From the IMG/VR virus record IMGVR_UViG_3300025529_000004, positions 69,870 to 101,756 of that record: DNA of 31,887 bases. The stretch is one strand, 5' to 3'. The stretch is from a virus. The notes beneath the pieces are model-generated. The model was not told the origin of the DNA. It saw nothing but the letters and a program-made list of their open reading frames with translations, and made no database searches. Below are positions 19,401 to 27,101 of the stretch, one piece after another. Both the position numbers and the translations under genes were made by a program. Within the stretch, counting starts at the first letter, position 1, and the number at the start of each line of letters is the position of its first letter.

Positions 19401-19564
19401 AGATAAATTTAAATGATACAGTGTCAGATTCCATTTTGATTCAGTCTCCACATAATATTAGAGTGGCTGGAAATGTAGTTAGAATCGAAGTAGACAGTAA
19501 TAACTATATAGAAATTAGTAATACGGGTGTAAAAATCAGAGGAACTAGAATTGATTTAAACTAA
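16478..19564 (+). CDS. Tail-associated hub/spike protein (Tal, YomG-like)
   Basis: 1028 aa; prophage-tail N-terminal region (NELSFKIP...ITRLKLYGKD), coiled coil, LGDIITI motif, beta-repeat C-terminus ending VKIRGTRIDLN. Confidence 0.75.
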   Translation: METLRIGEIDYGKKPVKPELFLCKKSKTTIKKLTEAYEIKYGEKLDALNELSFKIPAKIEKNHVLIENENIKTIKHRYLFKLKLNNYVEYFLYNEVQKSGSEDTNEVEYHAFSLGYELNDRIIRSYSEISKPCSEHLRNILSETNWEVGYIDSEFDLKYRTYEVSSQTVLQCVTELAEKYNAVIKWDTVNRKINFFLPGNVGVNRGLKLNYNKYLKSINQAENSEEVITRLKLYGKDELSIRDISPTGQNYLEDFSYYMYPFQRDENRNVIEHSYYMSDELCHQLLDYRELVESKEGEFNSYLQQKKDLESELATKENELSNLNMEMQQILDSLDVANATGNVNGEYHDDLVDKKNQKQNEIDAKQSEIDEVQNAINEVVNNITNLRETIKTEANFTQEALIELNDYIIEKEYVNDSIVDEEDLLNEGLEAFKTYKEPKISINIDIVNFLDIVECQNDWDKLVLGDIITIRVDELDLYTQAKIIEINYDFENSSISLTIANEKAIDDNLNAYMNMLYTSYNAATVVNMEKFKWDLSLENNGMINQIINDIWDANKRAIEGGSEQLISFSNRGIIVKSITDPNTWLVIQNGILAITNDGGDTWKHAITSEGIVGERLYGKIIMGVNLAIEDIDGIIKFRGSKGQIFDRNGNEVMRLGLVSDPPDEDCFGLKLDNGKHQIFVDTLNGFKINKKQFGEWVPVMYADLDGNFWVKDFKAKNLTIEDDDGYFKFQGNKATVSDGFKDVMWLGYLADEGNDFGIIVKNDVNDIYMTRNRGFEITRDGVTKFKADLDGGLYAEDITTKNIKIIDGELGEGIEFDQITGITITGQHGEKIYLNANEGIKIEVNGDKRFWIDTDGTLRAKKLIITPDNEEQLVELPDGSFISELTVNSLRSLNSVNPQDHVYIKDNFIKLVTGIGDATDVPKFTLALESSGGSSYPKMTWGAGGLTGGTDIGYIYKDNNGFYWQYVGEDGQTRKINLNDTVSDSILIQSPHNIRVAGNVVRIEVDSNNYIEISNTGVKIRGTRIDLN

Positions 19565-19583
19565 TGTTGGGAGTGATATCATA

Positions 19584-19994
19584 ATGCCTAATGTAGCCAG
19601 AGTTGATGATAGCATTAACCCTTATACAACTAGTTCAAATCAATGTTACCAACCTTATTCATATTCGTGTAATTGTGACGAATATGGTTGCTCGACATGT
19701 ACGGGCTATTATTATTCTTCAGCAAGTGGAAGTGGGAAAATTAGTTCTGGTTCCAGTAATGTATTCGTTAATGGTAAAAAATTAGCTTATAAAAACTCAA
19801 CAACTAGTGAACAAGCTACCTGTCCAAGTGGATATAGTGGCAGTTCGAGTGGAAATGGGTCTGTAACTTCGGGTAGTGGAACTGTCTATGTCAACGGTAA
19901 CAATGTAGCGTTCAATGGTTCATCAGTAAGAACACATACCGGACAAAATAGTTCGATCAATAGTGGTTCTAATAATGTTTTTGTAGGAGGATAA
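19584..19994 (+). CDS. PAAR-like spike tip protein
   Basis: MPNVARVDD start; repeats SGSSNVFVNGKKLA, SGSGTVYVNGNNVA and SGSNNVFVGG; Cys/His residues; follows the spike gene. Confidence 0.75.
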   Translation: MPNVARVDDSINPYTTSSNQCYQPYSYSCNCDEYGCSTCTGYYYSSASGSGKISSGSSNVFVNGKKLAYKNSTTSEQATCPSGYSGSSSGNGSVTSGSGTVYVNGNNVAFNGSSVRTHTGQNSSINSGSNNVFVGG

Positions 19995-19998
19995 ATCT

Positions 19999-20325
19999 AT
20001 GGTCTTTCCACAGGATTTTTATTGTTATGATGATTTTGATGATATTCCAAATGAAGTCGTGAATCAAATGATCAATAATTTACTTCAAAAAGCAAAAGAT
20101 AATCCTCAAATGTCTGTATTAATTGACAAGTTGGGTAATACCGAAGTGATCATTTTTAAACAATATAGAGCCGATATTGACAATATGGCTTATAGAATTA
20201 TAGTGATGAAAAATCATTATGAATATATTGTGGAATTAGATAATGAGGAAACATTAACTTTTATCAATAAGGAAGAAGCTGAAAATTCCGAAGTGATTAA
20301 AAAGGGTTGTTTAGGATGTAATTAA
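19999..20325 (+). CDS. Hypothetical acidic protein with C-terminal CxxC
   Basis: 108 aa, RBS AGGAGG overlapping the end of the PAAR gene, ends KGCLGCN. Confidence 0.6.
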   Translation: MVFPQDFYCYDDFDDIPNEVVNQMINNLLQKAKDNPQMSVLIDKLGNTEVIIFKQYRADIDNMAYRIIVMKNHYEYIVELDNEETLTFINKEEAENSEVIKKGCLGCN

Positions 20326-20356
20326 AACAAAATTAAACAAATAAGGAGGTGATACA

Positions 20357-21502
20357 TTGGATACACCGAATTATTTAGGATTTCTAAATCCAATACATAT
20401 CACATGGAGAAAAGGAACATCTGATGACCCATATATTGATAGAATCGATTTTGCCACTGTCGTTAATCAAAGGGTTCAATTATTAGAAATTCCTGATAAA
20501 ACTTTCAGAGTAAGAATCAATGGTATGGTTGAAATAAATTATGACAATTTAAAAACAAAAGATATTTCACCTAACGAATTTTATGTAGATTACAGTAATG
20601 GATTTATTTTATTTCATCAGTCTATGGAAGGGAAAACACTGTCTATTAGCTATAAAGGGCGAGGGTTTATCGCTTATCCATCTGAAAGAATTTATCATTA
20701 TGATGAAAAAAATAATGTTACAGAAAGTCTATATAATATTATTGAGAATTCAAAAGACACTATACAAGAAACTTTAAACAAAATAAGCGATTATCAAGAA
20801 ATTAGAAATAATGTGGTCATCGCTATTAATAATGCCAATATCGCCACCAGCAATGCTAATAACTCTGCAAATGAAGCTTATATAGCAAGCGATTTAGCTA
20901 AAAAAGCATATGAAAGTACAAAGATTGTTTTTAAGCCCTATGTGCAAACATTCAACGATATACTAACAACATATCCCAATCCTGAATTTGGTTGGACGGT
21001 TCAAGTCTATGACTCAGGAATCAGGTATCGATTTGACGGTAAAGATTGGGTTCCTATTGATTTATTAGGCGGAAATATTCCAAAAGCGTCAGAATATGTA
21101 GATGGATTAATGTCAAAGGATGACTATCAAAAATTAAAATCATTCCCTGTCGAACTGAAGGACAGGGTTTTAGTTTTTGTTTTACCATCTTATCTTGGCA
21201 TTGGCGTTCAAGGGGTTTTGGGAAGATTCCCTTTTGACGGTGAAATTGTAAGTATACGAGCTTTTTGTGGAACAGCAGGGACTACGGACACTTTGATATC
21301 AATAGAAAAATCGACAGATTTGATAAATTGGACTTTGATATTATCAAATAACTTAAGAATCAAAGCTGGAAATAATTTTGATGATAATAGCTGTGTTGTT
21401 CAAACAACGGATGTATCTCAAGGAGACATTTTTAGAATCAATGTTCTTCAAAGTGGCGAAAACGCCAAAGATTTCACTATTGAAATTAAAATAAAAATAT
21501 AA
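20357..21502 (+). CDS. Baseplate/upper fibre adaptor protein (YomF-like)
   Basis: RKGTSDDPY...LLEIP...FYVDYSNG...TTYPNPEFGWTV...YRFDG, recalled as resembling SPbeta YomF; DGLMSKDDYQKL fibre repeat; RBS AAGGAGGT, TTG start. Confidence 0.6.
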   Translation: MDTPNYLGFLNPIHITWRKGTSDDPYIDRIDFATVVNQRVQLLEIPDKTFRVRINGMVEINYDNLKTKDISPNEFYVDYSNGFILFHQSMEGKTLSISYKGRGFIAYPSERIYHYDEKNNVTESLYNIIENSKDTIQETLNKISDYQEIRNNVVIAINNANIATSNANNSANEAYIASDLAKKAYESTKIVFKPYVQTFNDILTTYPNPEFGWTVQVYDSGIRYRFDGKDWVPIDLLGGNIPKASEYVDGLMSKDDYQKLKSFPVELKDRVLVFVLPSYLGIGVQGVLGRFPFDGEIVSIRAFCGTAGTTDTLISIEKSTDLINWTLILSNNLRIKAGNNFDDNSCVVQTTDVSQGDIFRINVLQSGENAKDFTIEIKIKI

Positions 21503-21522
21503 TAGAAAGGAAGATATTATTT

Positions 21523-22224
21523 ATGACACAACCAATTGTAGCTTGGTTTGATGCGACTGATACGGAAATTACGGGTGTATATAATTTTCAAACTATTGAT
21601 GCAGGAACAGCTTCACCTAATCACACATTTACGATCTGGAATAATAGAAGTGGAAATACCGATTTATCGAAAATGGAAGATGTAACAATTACTACAGTTG
21701 ATATGAATGGTGGAGATGGAGACACTGTTGGTCAAATTGTCCAAGCAGTTAAAGATAAATGGTTTTGGGTAAAAGTTGATTCTCTCAATGAAGTAAATTT
21801 TACTCAAATTGGTGGAAGTACGGCTAAAAAAGCTTTGGGTACAACAGGAACAACTAAAAACCCGAAAGAAGGAACTGCTACCAGTTGGACTGCCTCTCAC
21901 TCTTATTTGGTTGGAGATGTAGTTAAGCCAACAACCGCAAATGGTTATATTTACGAATGTACGCAAGCTGGAACTTCTGGTGCAACTCAACCAACTTGGC
22001 TTACTACAGAAGGGGCTAATATTGCAGATGGCACAGTACAATGGGTAGCTATTCCAATCAATAAGCAACCACAAACACAAGAAATTTTAGGAGTTGCAAA
22101 TGATGGAACTGAAGCTAATAGTGGAGCCAACTTTGTCAAAGTAACTATGTACGCAGATGTTCCACTTTCTGCAAGCGCAGGAAGAAATGATTTCAAACTT
22201 CGTGTAAGTTATAGATATGTATAA
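21523..22224 (+). CDS. Ig-like virion protein with inserted CBM5/12-like module
   Basis: NF.TIDAG..S..TFTIWNNR N-terminus; W.ASHSYLVGDVVKP..GYIYEC..AGTSG..QPTW insert; followed by a terminator. Confidence 0.55.
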   Translation: MTQPIVAWFDATDTEITGVYNFQTIDAGTASPNHTFTIWNNRSGNTDLSKMEDVTITTVDMNGGDGDTVGQIVQAVKDKWFWVKVDSLNEVNFTQIGGSTAKKALGTTGTTKNPKEGTATSWTASHSYLVGDVVKPTTANGYIYECTQAGTSGATQPTWLTTEGANIADGTVQWVAIPINKQPQTQEILGVANDGTEANSGANFVKVTMYADVPLSASAGRNDFKLRVSYRYV

Positions 22225-22247
22225 AGATTAATAAAACAGGGCGCTTT

Positions 22248-22282
22248 AAAAAGAGTGGGCAAATTATTGCTCACTCTTTTTT
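22248..22282 (+). terminator. Intrinsic terminator
   Basis: AAAAAGAGTGGGCAA/TTGCTCACTCTTTTT stem ending in a U-tract. Confidence 0.8.
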
Positions 22283-22324
22283 ATTATGAAATTTCAACCA
22301 CAATACAATGAGGGTGTGATTGAT

Positions 22325-22936
22325 GTGATTTTTCAGAATTACAATGGTTATTCTCCTGTAAAAGAACAAGACTTTATTTGGATGGCAGAATATGTTGATG
22401 GGAGTTATTTATCTGAATTTGATTTAATTACTCATAAATCAAACAGTTTTTATAGCATTGATAAAAATAAATTAATTCGATTTGGCTTACTGGGTCAAGG
22501 TATGAAGTTTTATTTCGAGGTCAATGGAGGCATTTTTAAATTAAATGGTCAAATTATCATGTTCAGTTATGTAGACACAGATGGAAAAGAGTATTTTCTA
22601 ACAGGTCAGAATAAACTGTATAACGATATTATTACGTACAAAGATGCTTACGCTGATGGAAATATGTTTATTAAAGGTAATGGATTATTAAAAACAACAA
22701 TAAGTCAATATAATTTTGGATATAAAACAAAATTTAATATAAATAATATGTCTTTTAATTTTCAGCCAATTTTTTGTTTACCATATAATAAACCAGCATT
22801 TATTGAACTAAAATTAGTTTCCAATAAAGATATGAATGGAAAATTGAGAATTTATCGTAGTGGCAGAATTATTGATGAGATTGATGCTCCACTTAAAGAA
22901 GGTTATGCTGGGTTTACTAAGTGGACTATTCGTTAG
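22325..22936 (+). CDS. Phage hypothetical protein (beta-rich)
   Basis: ORF track starts at 22286 immediately after the terminator; RBS GAGGGTG at 22310-22316 favours GTG at 22325. Confidence 0.6.
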   Translation: MIFQNYNGYSPVKEQDFIWMAEYVDGSYLSEFDLITHKSNSFYSIDKNKLIRFGLLGQGMKFYFEVNGGIFKLNGQIIMFSYVDTDGKEYFLTGQNKLYNDIITYKDAYADGNMFIKGNGLLKTTISQYNFGYKTKFNINNMSFNFQPIFCLPYNKPAFIELKLVSNKDMNGKLRIYRSGRIIDEIDAPLKEGYAGFTKWTIR

Positions 22937-22956
22937 TTTAAAAGGGTGAAGATAAT

Positions 22957-23535
22957 ATGACCACAATTATTGATATTGGTATTCCTATAGATTTAACGAA
23001 AGGTGTTTTTAATAATGTGGAAATTGTAAATGATAAATTACAACTTTCCGAAAGAGAAGTCTTGCCCAATGGTAAAAAAAGATATTATGAATTTGGCTTC
23101 TGGGAATCAGAAGTTATTGATTTGGTTGATGTATTTAAAGATTTCGATAAAATCGTGGCAAATATTATCAATAAAACAAATGATAAGATTACCATTTATA
23201 CAAGAACTTCGAGTGATGATTTGAGTTGGACAAATTATGTACCAATAAACCAAGATAACACGATTGCTTCTCCTATTGGTAGATATATTCAAATTAAAGT
23301 GACATTTACAGCAGGAGAAACAGATGAATTGATAATTGTTGATGACTTTAATAATGGAGATGAAGTAAAGTTTACACCGAATGAATTTGTATCATTTGAC
23401 GGGAAATTGGGCTTAAAGAAAGAGTACGAATATGACATGTTAAAAGACATTAATTGGACTGACGCTGGTACTTTGTTCAGGCAAGTCATTAAGAAGTCTA
23501 AACTGAAGAAAATCGATTCTATATCTATTGTGTGA
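22957..23535 (+). CDS. Virion appendage adaptor (beta-sandwich)
   Basis: G.FNNVEI...LQL...GFWESEVIDL...RTSSD..SW...RYIQIKVTF domain, similar to the Dit insertion domain. Confidence 0.55.
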   Translation: MTTIIDIGIPIDLTKGVFNNVEIVNDKLQLSEREVLPNGKKRYYEFGFWESEVIDLVDVFKDFDKIVANIINKTNDKITIYTRTSSDDLSWTNYVPINQDNTIASPIGRYIQIKVTFTAGETDELIIVDDFNNGDEVKFTPNEFVSFDGKLGLKKEYEYDMLKDINWTDAGTLFRQVIKKSKLKKIDSISIV

Positions 23536-23558
23536 GATTTATTGTGTGAGGTGATTAT

Positions 23559-24236
23559 ATGGCAGTACCAGCAACAACGGGTAAATTATGTACTACTATT
23601 CAAGAAATGGAGATAGGGGATTTTATATATGCCACAGTTGATTCTAGTGGAAATTGGGTATTCGGTGATACACTAGGGAAGCCTGAATTACCTGTGACGG
23701 CGGTGGCTGTTAACTCATCTAATAAAACTCATTGGAACTATTATTGGTATATGATAAAGGTAGACAAAGGATTTCTCATCAGTGATCGTGTTTGGTATCA
23801 TACTGTATCTTGGGATACTTTAAACGGTTGGAAGAATATTCAAGGTATAACTATTACATCAAATCAAGGAAATGGAATTATCCGTTCCCTTACAGGTGGA
23901 GTAGCATATGCAGATGTTAATGGAAATAAAGCTACTACAGATCAAGGCTTTGGTGCATGGCCTACAAACAATGAATGGGATAAGTATATAGTGAATTTTC
24001 CTATAGATAAAATACAAGAAGGAAAGACATTGGATGATGTGTTTCATTGGAGTGGTGTTTATTCGTGGTGTCAAGATACTACAGTAAATGGTTTAAATCT
24101 GAATAATGTGGCTTCAAATAATACATTTAGGGTTAATAGAGGTAATGGTTCAGCAAAATATTTTAATTATGCGGTATCTAATGGTTCATATAATATTGTT
24201 GGTTTTCGCCCAGTCTTTGAATATAAGGAGGTGTAA
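23559..24236 (+). CDS. C-type-lectin-fold (FGE/Mtd-like) putative receptor-binding protein
   Basis: LISDR..HTVSWDTLN...RSLTGG...NEWD...YSWCQ...RVNRG...GFRPVFE. Confidence 0.6.
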   Translation: MAVPATTGKLCTTIQEMEIGDFIYATVDSSGNWVFGDTLGKPELPVTAVAVNSSNKTHWNYYWYMIKVDKGFLISDRVWYHTVSWDTLNGWKNIQGITITSNQGNGIIRSLTGGVAYADVNGNKATTDQGFGAWPTNNEWDKYIVNFPIDKIQEGKTLDDVFHWSGVYSWCQDTTVNGLNLNNVASNNTFRVNRGNGSAKYFNYAVSNGSYNIVGFRPVFEYKEV

Positions 24237-24242
24237 AGATAA

Positions 24243-25559
24243 ATGCCTTTAACACTTAATAATGATTTAAAAAACTTAAAAGTAGGAGACTACTTTTGGT
24301 GTAAGTACATAGCGCCTACTTCTGGACAAGTAGGGATTTTCTCTGATTTAGCTACAAAAACAGATGCAGAAGTTACAGGGCTAGAAATACCCGTTGCCTC
24401 TAGTGCTACACCTAATGGATACTTTAGATTCATCATGGTGGAAGATTGGAACGGAAAGAAAAGGCTTGTCGCTGACAGAAATATTCAAAACAGTATTAGT
24501 TGGGATACTTTGAATAGTGCCGGTATAGCAAGTGGAAATGGTGTTTCAACATATATTGGCGATAGCATAATACCTCCCATGACATCAAATAACAGTAACG
24601 GAATTGAATTGACTCCATCTTCCGAACGAACAGCTTATTCAAATTATGCTTACAAAGCATTTGATGGTTCATTTTCTGATGGGTCTACGTCTGTGTGGTG
24701 TGTAAATTCGGGAACAAGTGGAGATATTCGAATAAAGTTATCTTCTGCTAGAATCGTATCGTCCATTACTATGAAATCAGCACTCGTTACCACGGGAACA
24801 TATGCAGTGAAAGACTGGCAATTCTTCGGTTCAAATGATGGAACAACATGGGATTTATTATCGTCAGGAACTCAACAAAATAATAATCAACTTCAAACGT
24901 ATTTTTTCAATAATCAAAATCCATATCTCTATTACAAAATATCAATTTTGAGTTCTTATGGCAGTATAGCAGGTATTGCAGAGCTTAAACTTTTTGAGAA
25001 TAATTGGAAAAACAGTTCATTTAATATGCGTCTTTTAACTGGTGGTGTCAATTCATCTGACACAGACAACGAATGGAATCGATATATTGTAAATAATACA
25101 TTAAACGGAACGATCATCGCAGGGGACAACAATGTGTGGAATTGGAGTGGGTTATACTCTTGGACAAGCACAACATCTGATTCTTCTTCAGGTAATAGGG
25201 TTGCAAGAGGTAGTAGTTCTGTATCTAATAGGACAACTATAGCAACATCTAACACTTCTGGTTTTCGCCCTATCTTGGAAATTGAATCACTATTAGCAAT
25301 AAGTTCATTAATTAATGTTAATGGTGAATATAAAACTTGGAATCAAAATAATAAGCAATGGGTTACTGTTTCAACAACAATGCCAACAAAACAAGTGTTC
25401 ACTGAACAAGGTATTGAAGATATAACTATTTTAAATAGAAAAATATCAGCGCTGCAACGCAGTATGAATGATAATGGTGCTTTAGGCAATGGAAGGGTAT
25501 TTAAAACAACCGTTGATTTACAAAAATATTTCGATATTAGAAACTTGAATGTGAATTAA
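24243..25559 (+). CDS. C-type-lectin-fold protein with inserted F5/8 (discoidin) domain
   Basis: Paralogue of the preceding gene (ADRNIQNSISWDTLN, RLLTGG, NEW, GFRP); discoidin motifs AYKAFDG, KDWQFFGSNDGTTW, YLYYKI, IAELKLF. Confidence 0.7.
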   Translation: MPLTLNNDLKNLKVGDYFWCKYIAPTSGQVGIFSDLATKTDAEVTGLEIPVASSATPNGYFRFIMVEDWNGKKRLVADRNIQNSISWDTLNSAGIASGNGVSTYIGDSIIPPMTSNNSNGIELTPSSERTAYSNYAYKAFDGSFSDGSTSVWCVNSGTSGDIRIKLSSARIVSSITMKSALVTTGTYAVKDWQFFGSNDGTTWDLLSSGTQQNNNQLQTYFFNNQNPYLYYKISILSSYGSIAGIAELKLFENNWKNSSFNMRLLTGGVNSSDTDNEWNRYIVNNTLNGTIIAGDNNVWNWSGLYSWTSTTSDSSSGNRVARGSSSVSNRTTIATSNTSGFRPILEIESLLAISSLINVNGEYKTWNQNNKQWVTVSTTMPTKQVFTEQGIEDITILNRKISALQRSMNDNGALGNGRVFKTTVDLQKYFDIRNLNVN

Positions 25560-25563
25560 ATAA

Positions 25564-25587
25564 TAAATAAAATATAGATTTTATTTA
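25564..25587. promoter_or_regulatory. TAAATAAAA-N6-TTTTATTTA palindrome (copy 2)
   Basis: Perfect 9-bp arms around TATAGA in the intergenic gap. Confidence 0.4.
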
Positions 25588-25665
25588 AAAATAGAGATAG
25601 GATTTTGCTTAAAAATCAATTAAAACAATATGATTTTTACACTTTAAAGATTGAGAGGTGAAAGG

Positions 25666-27069
25666 ATGTCGAATAACAAGATTTTAATTAAATCTGGAGA
25701 AGAATATAAAAAATATGACACAGCAACATCCTCATGGGTAACAGTAACCACTGCTACACCAAATGAATCAGATTATTTAAATGGTATAGATGTGTCTGAA
25801 TTAGGTTCAATTCCACAGTCTGCATGGCGACAATTATCTGGCGTTATTGAATTGTCATATTATACCGATGATCCAAATAAAACTTCTGCAAATTTGGGGA
25901 TTACTGCAAACTATTCTCCTTTAGATGAAATTGATGACGATTTTGAAATTGTTACTTGGTCTGGTGAGGTTGAAGAGAGTAAAAAAGTTGACATAACAGC
26001 TCTTCCAAAAGGACAATTACTTATTTCAAAAACCGATGTGAAAACATACGGAAAGTTGAGTTCAATTATTGTAAATAATATTACTCAAACTGGTTTGATA
26101 ATTGGAAATATCAGATTATTGTTGTCATTTGATGATGAAGTAACGTGGAAATCTCATAATGGGACAGATTGGATTACAGTTGATAAAAATAATTTAAATG
26201 ATGTTGCCAATAATGGATTGACACTTGACATATTGTCTACTTTGACAAGTGCTGATTTTGAGTCACAATTTATCGATGAGTATGTAAGAGTCGCTTATTA
26301 TATCGAAGAAGATATAAGAGGAACAGATATTGCACAAATTGATTCTGTTCAATTTGATAATAAAGCACCAACTGAAACGACAGAAATAAACAATATGGCT
26401 TTATACATTTTGAATACTAAATCAACGATTAACGTGACATTTAACGCCAACCAATTAGAAGGAGAAATTACGGATGATGATTCGGGAAGGGTACAATATC
26501 GAATAATTCTAAATGGCAGTCCTTATTATCCAACAGATGGATCATTTACACAATTACAACCATCACCCGTTGCTATCAACATAAAGCTTCAAAACAATGA
26601 AATTTTAATTGGACAAAATAATGTATTACGGATTGAATTTCAAGATTATTGGGGAAATGCTGACTATTGGGAAGCGCAATTTGTGGGAACTTATGCAGGA
26701 TTAATGTTTTCTGATCCGAATGGAGAATATTATACAACTGATTTAGGACAATTATTAAAATATATGGATTTTGGTGTTTTAGTTGCAGGACAGACTTCAT
26801 TGGAGAATGAAGTTGTTTTAACTAATAAATACGGTTATCCAATTGAAAATTTGAAAGTTAGAGCTATCAATAACTTGTCAACTAACGGAATTCAGTTAGA
26901 GTTGAGCAAAACTGATACACCATTCATTGCAAAAGATGAATTAACTTTTGACCAAGTTTTAAATCAAGATGAAATGGTGAATTTTTATGTTCGTTTGGCT
27001 ACTCAAATATCTGCTACTCCTGTGTCTAGTGGGACTTTTGAAATTAGAGCGAACGCTAAGAAGGTGTGA
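25666..27069 (+). CDS. Multidomain virion appendage protein
   Basis: RBS GAGGTG favours ATG at 25666; LLSFDDEVTW motif, Ig-like segment, C-terminal DFGVLVAGQTS domain. Confidence 0.6.
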   Translation: MSNNKILIKSGEEYKKYDTATSSWVTVTTATPNESDYLNGIDVSELGSIPQSAWRQLSGVIELSYYTDDPNKTSANLGITANYSPLDEIDDDFEIVTWSGEVEESKKVDITALPKGQLLISKTDVKTYGKLSSIIVNNITQTGLIIGNIRLLLSFDDEVTWKSHNGTDWITVDKNNLNDVANNGLTLDILSTLTSADFESQFIDEYVRVAYYIEEDIRGTDIAQIDSVQFDNKAPTETTEINNMALYILNTKSTINVTFNANQLEGEITDDDSGRVQYRIILNGSPYYPTDGSFTQLQPSPVAINIKLQNNEILIGQNNVLRIEFQDYWGNADYWEAQFVGTYAGLMFSDPNGEYYTTDLGQLLKYMDFGVLVAGQTSLENEVVLTNKYGYPIENLKVRAINNLSTNGIQLELSKTDTPFIAKDELTFDQVLNQDEMVNFYVRLATQISATPVSSGTFEIRANAKKV

Positions 27070-27101
27070 TCTCAATACAATGAGATAGGATGTGCTAATT
27101 T

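Noticed and set aside
16478-19994. T6SS, contractile injection system or tailocin
   Set aside because: No sheath or baseplate wedge genes; context is a siphophage Dit-Tal module with neck genes and a lysis cassette
23559-25559. Complete diversity-generating retroelement
   Set aside because: No reverse transcriptase, accessory gene or template repeat seen in the window
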